Positions 49,048 to 58,008 of a stretch of DNA of 64,000 bases are shown one piece after another. Origin of the DNA: Parcubacteria group bacterium (lineage in GTDB: Bacteria > Patescibacteriota > Minisyncoccia > Phycocordibacterales > UBA2135); assembly GCA_016180525.1 (NCBI GenBank), contig JACPBB010000001.1:75320-139319 (forward strand), read 5' to 3'. Below the pieces are notes generated by a model. It was not told the origin of the DNA, searched no databases, and was given only the letters and a program-made list of their open reading frames with translations. Position numbers and translations under genes: made by a program. Position 1 is the stretch's first letter; each line of letters opens with the position of its first letter.

Positions 49048-50583
49048 TTATTGTAATTTATCCAGGCTAAGCAGCATATTCCACGTTTTTCCCTTGTCGC
49101 TTGATTTCCAGATGCGCGCTAGATCTGAATTTATGTAGATGACATTCGGATCAATCGGGTCAAAGACGATGTTTGCAACACGATGGTCATTGGTAATACC
49201 GTTCGGAAGTTTTCCTACGGCATTCCACGTTCTACCGCCGTTGGTACTCTCAAAAATGTCATTTGGCTGGGCATATAGATTGACTCCGATCAGTTTCGTG
49301 CCGGTTTCATCATGCGGATTGTAACGCGCGAAGTTGACCATCATATTATCCGGTTCAAGGAGACTGCCATCGATTGAGTAATAAATTTTATCCATATTAT
49401 CCTTGCTGGCCATAATATAAAAACGGTTTAAATCCACCGCTGAGACATCAAGATGCCTTATGCCAAGGTCAAGCGTAGCACCAAGTTTCGTCCAGCTCTC
49501 TCCGGCATCATTAGTTTCCAAAAACCCCCATTGTTCGTCTGTAGATTTTTTGTCGACATTGGTGCCGCTTGGCAACCCAAACGTGGCCAACCTCAACCTC
49601 TTCGGATCCCGGACATCAATGAAAATTCCAGGCACTCTTAAATCTGGAAACAGTCCGGTCGAAAGCTCTTTCCATGTTTTGCCATTATCCACCGTTTTGT
49701 AGACAATACCTTTCGTTACAAAAGTCTTGCCCTTATCGGGGCCATCCATGCCTTGAGGCAAAGCCGATGTCGTGACATACACTATGTTCGTATCCGTTGG
49801 ATTCATGACCGCACTTTCCGTATAGGCACTCATCTCGCTCGTGAAAAGTTGGTGCCAGGTGGCACCGCCGTCCAAACTTTCAGAAAGCCCCCCAAGTCCT
49901 TCTCCCACTTTTCCTGGAGCACTGCCGCCCGGAGCCAACAGGCGCTGTGGATTTGAAGGATCTATATACAGGTGGAAACGAAGTTCATAACAAGGCTTTG
50001 ATGGATCATCGTTTCGAGGCAAGCCCTTAAGTCCCTTCCCCGAAAAACTCCACGTATTGCCGCCGTCAACACTTTTATATAGACCCTTATACTCTACATT
50101 GATATACATTTCCTTGTTGTTTTTTGGATTAACCACAAACGCCTGTTCAGTTCTGTAGTTATCAAAACCCAACCTTGGATAGCAGTTCACCGGATGTCCT
50201 TGGACAACATCGCTCTCAGCCACTGTTCTTGGTTTACTAGGAAAAGATATTTTCTGAAGCGTTGTTGCCGGCTTAGATTTTCCGAGATCTGTCTCGGATA
50301 CATTTTCTTGGCCGGATTTTGGCATGTCTGCGCGTGGTATTGCCTCTTCAATATTTTGCATACTACGAGCGGAGCTCTGCGGCTCATTTATGATTTCTTC
50401 CGGCCCTTCTCGTTCTGATTGTGTTGAAAAATAAAAATGACTGCCCAGTCCGGCTGCCACGATGACAGCTACAATTCCAATAATGAAAATATGAGTGAAT
50501 CCCCTTTCGGTTTTCATGTTTTTTATTGTATCAAAACTTTTATGACACTCAAAAACTAGGAGAATTCGGAGAGAGTGCTGCAA
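49048..50583 (-). CDS. Exported BNR/Asp-box repeat protein (sialidase/Sortilin-like beta-propeller)
   Basis: N-terminal TM/signal; at least six SxDxGxTW repeats (SVDGGNTW, SLDGGATW, TVDNGKTW, TNDAGESW, STNGGRTW, SSDKGKTW). Confidence 0.7.
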   Translation of the reverse strand: MQHSLRILLVFECHKSFDTIKNMKTERGFTHIFIIGIVAVIVAAGLGSHFYFSTQSEREGPEEIINEPQSSARSMQNIEEAIPRADMPKSGQENVSETDLGKSKPATTLQKISFPSKPRTVAESDVVQGHPVNCYPRLGFDNYRTEQAFVVNPKNNKEMYINVEYKGLYKSVDGGNTWSFSGKGLKGLPRNDDPSKPCYELRFHLYIDPSNPQRLLAPGGSAPGKVGEGLGGLSESLDGGATWHQLFTSEMSAYTESAVMNPTDTNIVYVTTSALPQGMDGPDKGKTFVTKGIVYKTVDNGKTWKELSTGLFPDLRVPGIFIDVRDPKRLRLATFGLPSGTNVDKKSTDEQWGFLETNDAGESWTKLGATLDLGIRHLDVSAVDLNRFYIMASKDNMDKIYYSIDGSLLEPDNMMVNFARYNPHDETGTKLIGVNLYAQPNDIFESTNGGRTWNAVGKLPNGITNDHRVANIVFDPIDPNVIYINSDLARIWKSSDKGKTWNMLLSLDKLQ

Positions 50584-50784
50584 AGGCCAGAGAAAAAAAT
50601 TCGTTCAGCAAAACTTTAACCGGAAACACCTCTTCCTGCCTTGTCATTCATGGCATATCCAGCTACGCACGCTTGATATTAAGGCTAAATTTTTTTCAAC
50701 ATATTGTAAATCTCTTGTCTATACCAAAAAATATTTACCCCCACACCTGTTTTCTTTTTCTCCTCAAATCGTTATTATATCTAG

Positions 50785-51039
50785 ATGTTTTATGTGTATA
50801 TTTTAAAAAGCAAACAGGATCATAGGTTATATGTGGGTTCAACCAATAATTTAAAGCGTAGATTTGCTGAGCATAACAAAAATCTGGTATACTCAACAAA
50901 ATCCCGCGCTCCATTTGAGTTGCGTTATTATGAAGCATATCACTCTGAAAAAGATGCTAGATATCGTGAACGCTCATTAAAGAAAGGCGGCAATGCGCTT
51001 GCGCAACTCAAACGAAGAATTGTAAAAAGTATATTCTAA
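50785..51039 (+). CDS. GIY-YIG nuclease superfamily protein (stand-alone)
   Basis: FYVYILKS...RLYVGST.NL..R..EHN motif, 84 aa. Confidence 0.8.
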   Translation: MFYVYILKSKQDHRLYVGSTNNLKRRFAEHNKNLVYSTKSRAPFELRYYEAYHSEKDARYRERSLKKGGNALAQLKRRIVKSIF

Positions 51040-51100
51040 AGAAAATAGGTGTGGGGGTTTACGTTTAAACATAAATCGTCTACAATACAGAGTTATAAGT

Positions 51101-51601
51101 ATGACAATCGCAAAAGTATATTTAATCGGATCATTAAGAAACCCTGAAGTCCCGCAGATAGCAAATAAAATACGGGAGCTCGGGTTTGAAGTTTTTGATG
51201 ACTGGCACGCCGCCGGACCGGAAGCGGATGATAAGTGGAGAGATTATGAAAAATCAAGAGGCCGCACGTATAAAGAGGCACTTGATGGGTTGGCGGCAAA
51301 CCATGTATATCATTTTGACTTAAAACATCTGGATGAATCCCATATCACCATTTTGCATTTACCCGCGGGAAAATCGGGCCATCTTGAACTTGGGTACGCA
51401 ATCGGAAAAGGCAAGAAGGGCTACATTCTCCTTGATAGCGCCGAGCGATGGGATGTGATGTACAAGTTTGCTCATGGAGTATTCCATAATTTTGATGAAC
51501 TGTTGGAAGAATTAAATCGGATAAAAAGCGAATTTGTACAACCTGAAAAAATAAATAATGAGTCCGGTATTCATCAGGACGATTATTCACTTCAATTTTA
51601 A
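51101..51601 (+). CDS. Nucleoside 2-deoxyribosyltransferase-like protein
   Basis: KVYLIGSL...AGKSGHLELGYAIGKGK pattern typical of the NDT/flavodoxin-like fold. Confidence 0.65.
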   Translation: MTIAKVYLIGSLRNPEVPQIANKIRELGFEVFDDWHAAGPEADDKWRDYEKSRGRTYKEALDGLAANHVYHFDLKHLDESHITILHLPAGKSGHLELGYAIGKGKKGYILLDSAERWDVMYKFAHGVFHNFDELLEELNRIKSEFVQPEKINNESGIHQDDYSLQF

Positions 51602-51690
51602 CTTGTCTCAACTCCCCACTCTGATAAACATCGGAGCGGGGGTTTATTTTATATCTGAAATGCGCAAGGCGCTAATAATTTGAGATTTTT

Positions 51691-53532
51691 TTAGCCAATT
51701 GCAACTCCGTGATATGTTGAAATGCCGGATATTTGCATCATTGCGGGTGTATATCCTCGTTTGGGACGTATGGCAGAACCCGAAAGCGGCACAGAGGTAT
51801 CCGGAACAAATATGGAAGGGTGAGAAAGAGGGTCTGGTGCGAATTCCTGTTTAAATAAGTCACCGCGTTTCGTTGCCTTAATCCAGTGCTCTTCAATTTT
51901 GGTACCAAGCGGCGTTGATGGGTGACCGGTTGTAGTTGCACCTTGTTCACTTGGGGCCACAAAAAAAGGAATATATACGCCTTGTTTTGCCATTTCTCGC
52001 GCAAACTCTTCCGCAAAATCACTTTGATAGCACGCGTTAGAAAGTATGACATCATCTTCCGGTTTTTTAACTCCATCACGATATCGGCTCGCAAAAGCTT
52101 CCGCGAGTTTTTTAGGTGAAAGGTACCTGCTTGTGTTCAATGTTACAACATTGCCTCCACCCAAATCCTGACCCCCATCACGAAAATAAATACCGTCTGG
52201 GGAGCCGTGCGCAAAAATATACAATATCATTTCCGCTGGAGCGTCAATAATCGCTTTTGTGGCAACCGTTTCAGGGTCAGACTCATCACCACTCACATGT
52301 ACAAAGGAACCCCCCTCACGCGCAACACGCTCTTTAATCGCATTGAGTTTTTCGGGAGTTGCAAATAATGGCACCCCCTTCTTTTTTTCGTTGTGTGTAA
52401 GAACTACCGCGTTTTTAGGGATTAGTTTATTCATGTTTTTGCCCCGCTCCTCTTCAATCGCAAAAGATGCTCGTTTGATTCCATTTTCATCCAATGACTC
52501 ATTTCTATTAAAAAGATACTGCATAACGTGTGCGGCTCTGTGCATGAGCTGTATGGGGTTGACCCCGTATTTTATTTGCGTTTCGTGAAGCATTGCAAGG
52601 CTAGCTTCTTGTTTCTTTTTGTTAAATCCTTCAAAAGCTACTCTCATTAATTGTTCTCGCCATTGTGTAAATTCAGTATCACCAAAAAGCGTTGAAGATT
52701 TTTTTAAATATTTAGCAATCAGCATAAGAGTGGGATCATCAATGGTCTCAAAGGCTAGATTAGAGGCTATATTCTCCATTACCTCAAGTTGTTTTATATG
52801 CTGCAAAGACAGCAAAGTAAGAAATAGCTGCCGCGGGCGCGGTGGCAATGCCTCACGAATTTTTTTCTTATCAGGTTCAGAAATAAGTTCAGAAGAAAGA
52901 ATAACATCTATTTCATTGTAATGCGTGCTACCTTGTTTGCGTATATTTTCAAGAAGAATATCGGCCGCTCCTGGCACTTTGTTATATTTTTCATAATAAG
53001 ATACGGCAACGGCATATCGGGATAGTGCCCTTCGCACTAAGTCAGGGGCATTTGGAGTCGCGGAAAAAGAATTTGCGTTTATAATAAAATAAAAAGGAGA
53101 TCTTTCCGCGAGTTTTTTAATAACCTCTTGATCACGGCCCGGAGATTGCCAACTGCTATAATGCTCCAACAGTACCTGCGCTATACGTTCTCCTGTTTTT
53201 GTATTTGGAAATTCTATAGCTATCCGTTTTGCAAACGTAAATTTTTCATCCTTTGCAAGCCCCGTAAAAATTTTTTCAGCTTTTTCAAGAAACGCGGATT
53301 CAGATTTGTAATCATATGTGTCACTGAGTTTTGTAAGTAACAATTCCGTATATGATTTATTGACCGCTTCAGCGGGGACCCTTGTTTCGTAGACTGCACG
53401 AGGATGAGTGGTAGTATCGAGCGCATTTGCTTCCAGTGCTTGAGATGCGGGTGCCGTGGCAAGAAATGCCGCTACCACCTTAGCTGTTTTAGCGGCTTTT
53501 GTCGGTTTAAAATTTCGTTCCCCTTCTTTCAT
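51691..53532 (-). CDS. Secreted hypothetical protein with C-terminal caspase-like (clan CD) His/Cys dyad
   Basis: signal-like N-terminus; ...YIFAHGSPDG... then ~55 aa later ...VILSNACYQS... in hydrophobic-strand contexts typical of caspase/CHAT folds. Confidence 0.45.
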   Translation of the reverse strand: MKEGERNFKPTKAAKTAKVVAAFLATAPASQALEANALDTTTHPRAVYETRVPAEAVNKSYTELLLTKLSDTYDYKSESAFLEKAEKIFTGLAKDEKFTFAKRIAIEFPNTKTGERIAQVLLEHYSSWQSPGRDQEVIKKLAERSPFYFIINANSFSATPNAPDLVRRALSRYAVAVSYYEKYNKVPGAADILLENIRKQGSTHYNEIDVILSSELISEPDKKKIREALPPRPRQLFLTLLSLQHIKQLEVMENIASNLAFETIDDPTLMLIAKYLKKSSTLFGDTEFTQWREQLMRVAFEGFNKKKQEASLAMLHETQIKYGVNPIQLMHRAAHVMQYLFNRNESLDENGIKRASFAIEEERGKNMNKLIPKNAVVLTHNEKKKGVPLFATPEKLNAIKERVAREGGSFVHVSGDESDPETVATKAIIDAPAEMILYIFAHGSPDGIYFRDGGQDLGGGNVVTLNTSRYLSPKKLAEAFASRYRDGVKKPEDDVILSNACYQSDFAEEFAREMAKQGVYIPFFVAPSEQGATTTGHPSTPLGTKIEEHWIKATKRGDLFKQEFAPDPLSHPSIFVPDTSVPLSGSAIRPKRGYTPAMMQISGISTYHGVAIG

Positions 53533-53608
53533 AAGCCTATTTTAACACATCTGAGATAGTTTGACTTATAGCTAAAAATGTATTAATTTTCAAAGAGCGT
53601 TTCCGGTT

Positions 53609-54196
53609 TTGAGGAGGAGACTTTTGACTAAGATTCTTTCCCTTGCTCTGCATAGAGTGATACGCCGCGTCGGAGTCAATATCCTCGTCTGTGTAGTACT
53701 TTTGAATATGGCGCTCGGGTGGGTGCTTGACCGCCTGCACGAAGCAACTCACGCGCTCATACAAGCGCTTGGTCTCAAGCACCTTGAGGATTGGCTCCGC
53801 AGACAACCTTTGTGGTTTCCCGTGATGCTTATGGTGTGTATGGTAGTAGGTTATGTCGCCTTTAACATATACGAGCTCGCTCTCTTGCTTAACAAACAGA
53901 TCATCTTGGCGCTCGTGCTCAGTACAATCTTTAAGGTCGTGTATCTGGGGATCTTTAACTATCTGATGCACATCTATTCGGAACAATTCCTGGGAATCTG
54001 GTGGATCAGAAAATTGTATGAGCGGTATCAGGCGATACGGGCCTTTGTGCTCAATTATATTAAGCAACAGCCGTGGTACACGCGCGCGGTTATCATTAAA
54101 AATATGATTAAAGACCGCGCGAAAGAATTTTTGAAAACTTCGCCGATGTTCGCTCTCGCAAAACGATTATTGCGACGCAAATCAAGTGAGGTATAA
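53609..54196 (+). CDS. Hypothetical membrane protein (TTG start at 53609 or 53624 after GAGGAGGAG RBS)
   Basis: hydrophobic helices, terminator 54202-54232; preferred over the overlapping minus-strand ORF. Confidence 0.45.
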   Translation: MRRRLLTKILSLALHRVIRRVGVNILVCVVLLNMALGWVLDRLHEATHALIQALGLKHLEDWLRRQPLWFPVMLMVCMVVGYVAFNIYELALLLNKQIILALVLSTIFKVVYLGIFNYLMHIYSEQFLGIWWIRKLYERYQAIRAFVLNYIKQQPWYTRAVIIKNMIKDRAKEFLKTSPMFALAKRLLRRKSSEV

Positions 54197-54201
54197 CACA
54201 A

Positions 54202-54232
54202 GAAGCGGCCCTCCAGCCGCTTTTTTATTTTT
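54202..54232. terminator. Intrinsic terminator AAGCGGC-cctcca-GCCGCTT + T-run
   Basis: seen directly. Confidence 0.65.
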
Positions 54233-54298
54233 CTTGACACATGCACTAATATGTGATAATTTTTGCACAGTTTGTCATCGCAAAGAAGCGAGAGGTAA

Positions 54299-54865
54299 AT
54301 GAGTATTGCATCCACAGTTTACAACGCCGTACGTGACGCGATAGCTCTTTTTTTTGAGCCGCTCAGCATTGAAGACACGCCACGCTTGCAGAGAAATACT
54401 CCCAAAGTAAAGTCTCTTGTATCCGGTTTTTTAATTACCATAGAGCGGAAAAAAGGGTGTGTGCTTAAGAGTCGTCCTAAGGACTCTCCTGAGGAAACTC
54501 CTTATACAGATTCCGGAGTAGATGAATATTTTGAGGTTACGGTCACATTTGATCCAAAACAGAATGCCCAGTTTCCAAATGCAAAGGGTCCGTGGAAATT
54601 TTTACTCACCAACAGTATGAATAAAAACAGCGGCTATGGTTTTTCCGGGCGCGTTCACTACCAACCGCGTGGAGACAAATTCAAAATAATCGAAGTTGCG
54701 GAGGCATATGAAGATTACCGTCATGCCGATATCATAGGAGGTGGTAGACCTTCACCCGAGATGGTTGTATGGGTGCGAATCCATGTACAACAAGCAAACG
54801 GTACAACAACATACTCTGGAAACGGAATTGCCTGCCGACCCTGTTCTTCAGAAACTGGTATATAA
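54299..54865 (+). CDS. Hypothetical protein (188 aa)
   Basis: AGAGG RBS; terminator at 54876-54905. Confidence 0.5.
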   Translation: MSIASTVYNAVRDAIALFFEPLSIEDTPRLQRNTPKVKSLVSGFLITIERKKGCVLKSRPKDSPEETPYTDSGVDEYFEVTVTFDPKQNAQFPNAKGPWKFLLTNSMNKNSGYGFSGRVHYQPRGDKFKIIEVAEAYEDYRHADIIGGGRPSPEMVVWVRIHVQQANGTTTYSGNGIACRPCSSETGI

Positions 54866-54936
54866 TAATTTTTCTCGCCATCCCTTGGGGTGGCTTTTTT
54901 GTTTTTATAAAATAAAAAAATGAGTATACTTTTATT

Positions 54937-55281
54937 ATGGAAGAGCAGTGTTCTGTATGCAAAATAATACCAAAAGTTCTCGGCAAAAAATTTTTCTTTC
55001 ATCTTTTTGGGCACGAGTATCCAAAACTTTTCTCCAAAGATGTTGCAAAACATCTTATCGGTCTTAATTTAAAACTCGTCGGCGGACTCTCAACGCGCGG
55101 GTGGACCGTGCATGATGTTGACGTAACTGGAGAGAAAAAGGACGCCGCCGTTTTAGAAGAACGTCTGCGCAAGGACAACATCCCCCATCCTATCCATCTC
55201 TGTAGACAAAAACCAAACCACTCCCACTTTCTCTGCGCGTTAAACGGCATAAAACTCGTCCTCACCGGAAGGGGGTATTAA
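54937..55281 (+). CDS. Minimal nucleotidyltransferase (Pol-beta-like NTase fold) protein with N-terminal CxxC
   Basis: LVGGLSTRGWTVHDVDV fits the hG[GS]x9-13Dh[DE]h NTase signature. Confidence 0.5.
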   Translation: MEEQCSVCKIIPKVLGKKFFFHLFGHEYPKLFSKDVAKHLIGLNLKLVGGLSTRGWTVHDVDVTGEKKDAAVLEERLRKDNIPHPIHLCRQKPNHSHFLCALNGIKLVLTGRGY

Positions 55282-55290
55282 AAATTGACA
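55251..55290. repeat. Copy 1 of ~40-bp module AAAACTC(G/A)TCCTCACCGGAAGGGGGTATTAAAAA(A)TTGAC(A/G) (copy 2 at 57004-57044); contains a -35-like TTGACA
   Basis: seen directly. Confidence 0.6.
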
Positions 55291-55350
55291 ATTTTATTTC
55301 AATACAATAAGATTTATTTCAGTTTGCGGTCAACAAAAAGAGAGGTAGAA

Positions 55351-55923
55351 ATGCTATACGAAGACTATATGGTAGTTGCCTGTGGCATGCGCGAGAGTAA
55401 GGAACGATCAACATATTTTTGCGAACTAGTGGGAAACAGTGGATTTGGAGGCAGGAATCATAAAATTAACTTTAGTTTGATAATCAAAGGATGCGTAGGA
55501 GAGAAAGAATACCGTGCCAAATATGATGCTGTTATGCCGCACATTAAAGTAGGAGATCTGCTACATTGTGAGTTTGTTTGGCAGTGGCACGGTGATTTTC
55601 TCAATTTATGCCTGTCTGGGTTTATTCAGGTAAAACCATGCCGATTAGGATCAATCCAAAATGTTTCCGCTGAAGATTTTCTTAACCCTGATAGGGGCTA
55701 CTGGGTAAGAACAAAAGTCGTCGGAAAATGGGTCCACTTTCCCGGAGTCATTCACTGTGGCGGTAATGCGTTTATTCCCCTAAACTTGAGGAGTGGGTAT
55801 CCTCAGTTAGTAGATTCAGGTTATTCAGAATCAGCACAAGGCGCCCTCGTGTGGAAGCCAAAACCGAAACGACTGGTACGAAACATCGTGAGGGAATTCT
55901 TCAAACCACTCTTTCAAGAATAA
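55351..55923 (+). CDS. Hypothetical protein (Cys/His/Trp-rich; six-frame ORF starts 55285)
   Basis: ORF with terminator 55932-55955. Confidence 0.45.
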   Translation: MLYEDYMVVACGMRESKERSTYFCELVGNSGFGGRNHKINFSLIIKGCVGEKEYRAKYDAVMPHIKVGDLLHCEFVWQWHGDFLNLCLSGFIQVKPCRLGSIQNVSAEDFLNPDRGYWVRTKVVGKWVHFPGVIHCGGNAFIPLNLRSGYPQLVDSGYSESAQGALVWKPKPKRLVRNIVREFFKPLFQE

Positions 55924-56025
55924 TTTGAGTTAGCCGACAGATAGTCGGCTTTTTCTTTTTTAGAAAACTTGACATTTTTATTGTGGTAATGTAATATTTA
56001 TTTCGGACAAAAAGGAGGTTTCCGA

Positions 56026-56493
56026 ATGGCTACAACTAAGTACCCGCCCATTTCTCCCGGAACACTTGTGAAGACAACGCAGCCAAATTTGAATTTAAGA
56101 CATCAGTGGACAGATGAAGGGTGGGCAAGTAAGAAGTCGTGGGTTCAAGGAAAGGTCATCACCCACCACGATTCTCATGGCCTTTGCTATGATGTAGAGC
56201 ACGAGGACGGAACGGTGGGCTGCTATGATCCATCAGAGATTGAAGCGGTTCGAGAGACACCCGATCTCGCAAGAGAGGAGAGGCGGAGAGAAGCAGAGAT
56301 GGTTCTCCATCATGATGATTCTCCCTGTACCGCGCGCTTGAACAAAAATGGATACTGCCCTGAATGTAAATTTGTTCCGGATATGCAGAGTACGTGTTTT
56401 TATTATTACTGTCCCGCATGCAATATTCCATTACCCTCAAAAAGCATGACTTGCACCCAGTGTAACCATACCTTCGCGAAGCCCGGTAAATAG
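56026..56493 (+). CDS. Hypothetical protein with C-terminal double zinc-ribbon
   Basis: AAAGGAGG RBS; CPECK...CPAC...CTQC cysteine pairs; terminator 56482-56510. Confidence 0.5.
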   Translation: MATTKYPPISPGTLVKTTQPNLNLRHQWTDEGWASKKSWVQGKVITHHDSHGLCYDVEHEDGTVGCYDPSEIEAVRETPDLAREERRREAEMVLHHDDSPCTARLNKNGYCPECKFVPDMQSTCFYYYCPACNIPLPSKSMTCTQCNHTFAKPGK

Positions 56494-56588
56494 CCGGGTT
56501 TTTCTTTTTTACATTTACTAGATATTATATTTGAGTTGTGATATGTTGGTAGCAGATAAAATCAGCCTCTGTAAGTGAGAAAGCCGAG

Positions 56589-56951
56589 ATGAAAACACCG
56601 CGCATCAGCTTTAACATTCGGATTGACGATAAAGGCTCCTTTTCCGGAAAGCAAATAATGAATGCCGTACGCAAAGTAGCGGGAGACGCTTACCACGAAG
56701 TTCTTGTAGAGGTCAAAGATGACAGAATGTTTTATGAGATAGGACATAATTCACCAAGTCCGGAAAGCGATTGCGTTGTTTCCGCCGATGGTGGCAATAT
56801 ATGTCCCCAAGAAAGATATAGTGAGGTAATAACAATACAATCTCATAAACATGAGGGAGAAAAGTTTGCGGTTAATGTGCCCCTTGAAACAGCCGTGAAA
56901 AGACTTCGTGATTTAAGCAAACAAGTTGCATCCATTCTGTTAAAAAAGTAA
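56589..56951 (+). CDS. Hypothetical protein (120 aa)
   Basis: ORF with terminator 56958-56982. Confidence 0.45.
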   Translation: MKTPRISFNIRIDDKGSFSGKQIMNAVRKVAGDAYHEVLVEVKDDRMFYEIGHNSPSPESDCVVSADGGNICPQERYSEVITIQSHKHEGEKFAVNVPLETAVKRLRDLSKQVASILLKK

Positions 56952-57003
56952 ATGTGAAATCCGCTTGAAAGCGGATTTTTTATATCTTATTCACAAAAAT
57001 TTA

Positions 57004-57044
57004 AAACTCATCCTCACCGGAAGGGGGTATTAAAAAATTGACGT
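57004..57044. repeat. Copy 2 of the ~40-bp promoter-proximal module
   Basis: seen directly. Confidence 0.6.
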
Positions 57045-57099
57045 TTTTGTCTTCCTGTGTTATTTTTAAAACAGAGGTTCGGTCAATGAGAGGTGCGGC

Positions 57100-57897
57100 G
57101 TGAAAGAACTTTTTGTACTCGGAGCACATGATCCGGAGATGGTCCGCATTATTGCCCTTTTAGAGGGTGCGGGAAAAAATTTTATCTATGCAAAAAAAGA
57201 CGGAGAGCGAGTCCGCTCCGGTACTGCATATGAAGCAAATAATAAAGATGAAATACCCGATACTGTCCGAGTGATTTTTGTTGAGTGTGAAGTGGCCGGC
57301 GTAATGCCATCATTTCGTATTGATCACCACCGCCCCGGAGATCCCGGATATGACAAGCGACCGGAAGAATATTTGCTTGGATCATCTCTCGGACAATTGT
57401 GTGCGTATCTTGAGAGAACACCCACCGAGGAAGATACAGTAATTGCGGCTATGGATCATTGCTTTCACGCCGCAGTAAAAGGCCTGTGCCCCGGAGTTTC
57501 TCCGTCCGCTGTGCTTAAAATGAAAATTGAAAAAATCGCAGAGGGGTACAATTGTTCCACCAAAGAGGTTGAAAAAGAGATAAGGCGATTTCAAGAAATA
57601 ATCAGCACTTCCGAAACCATCCTCATAGGTGATCAATCTGTGCATGATGTCATTGGATCTTTAGGAGTTGGCTACACATTACAATTGCTTACAGCCTTAA
57701 CGGCAGCAACAATAGAGAGAAAGGCGGTATTACTCCATGCCTTTGACACGAAGGGTGGCCCCGAAAAATTAATTTTAGGCGGCGATGTGCATGAGAAAAC
57801 GGTACGTTATTTTATGCAAATATGGGCACCTGCTAATAGTCTTGAAAAAATTTTTGGAACGCCGAGCAGAGGATATGCCGGAGGATATCGAAAATAA
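57100..57897 (+). CDS. Hypothetical protein (265 aa; GTG start; contains IDHHRPGDPGY)
   Basis: ORF with terminator 57904-57927. Confidence 0.45.
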   Translation: MKELFVLGAHDPEMVRIIALLEGAGKNFIYAKKDGERVRSGTAYEANNKDEIPDTVRVIFVECEVAGVMPSFRIDHHRPGDPGYDKRPEEYLLGSSLGQLCAYLERTPTEEDTVIAAMDHCFHAAVKGLCPGVSPSAVLKMKIEKIAEGYNCSTKEVEKEIRRFQEIISTSETILIGDQSVHDVIGSLGVGYTLQLLTALTAATIERKAVLLHAFDTKGGPEKLILGGDVHEKTVRYFMQIWAPANSLEKIFGTPSRGYAGGYRK

Positions 57898-58008
57898 ATG
57901 TAGACTGCTGTAAGGCAGTCTTTTTTAATTAGAAACAAACTCCTTTATGTAGTATGCCCAGTTACATTTGACAAAACGGTATATTATGGGAACCTGTCCG
58001 AAGACAGT

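Noticed and set aside
53537-54067. 176-aa minus-strand ORF overlapping the 53609-54196 + ORF
   Set aside because: The + strand frame has a GAGGAGGAG RBS, hydrophobic membrane-protein character and a clean terminator. The minus frame is His/Gln-rich with no signals. Kept as the less likely alternative.
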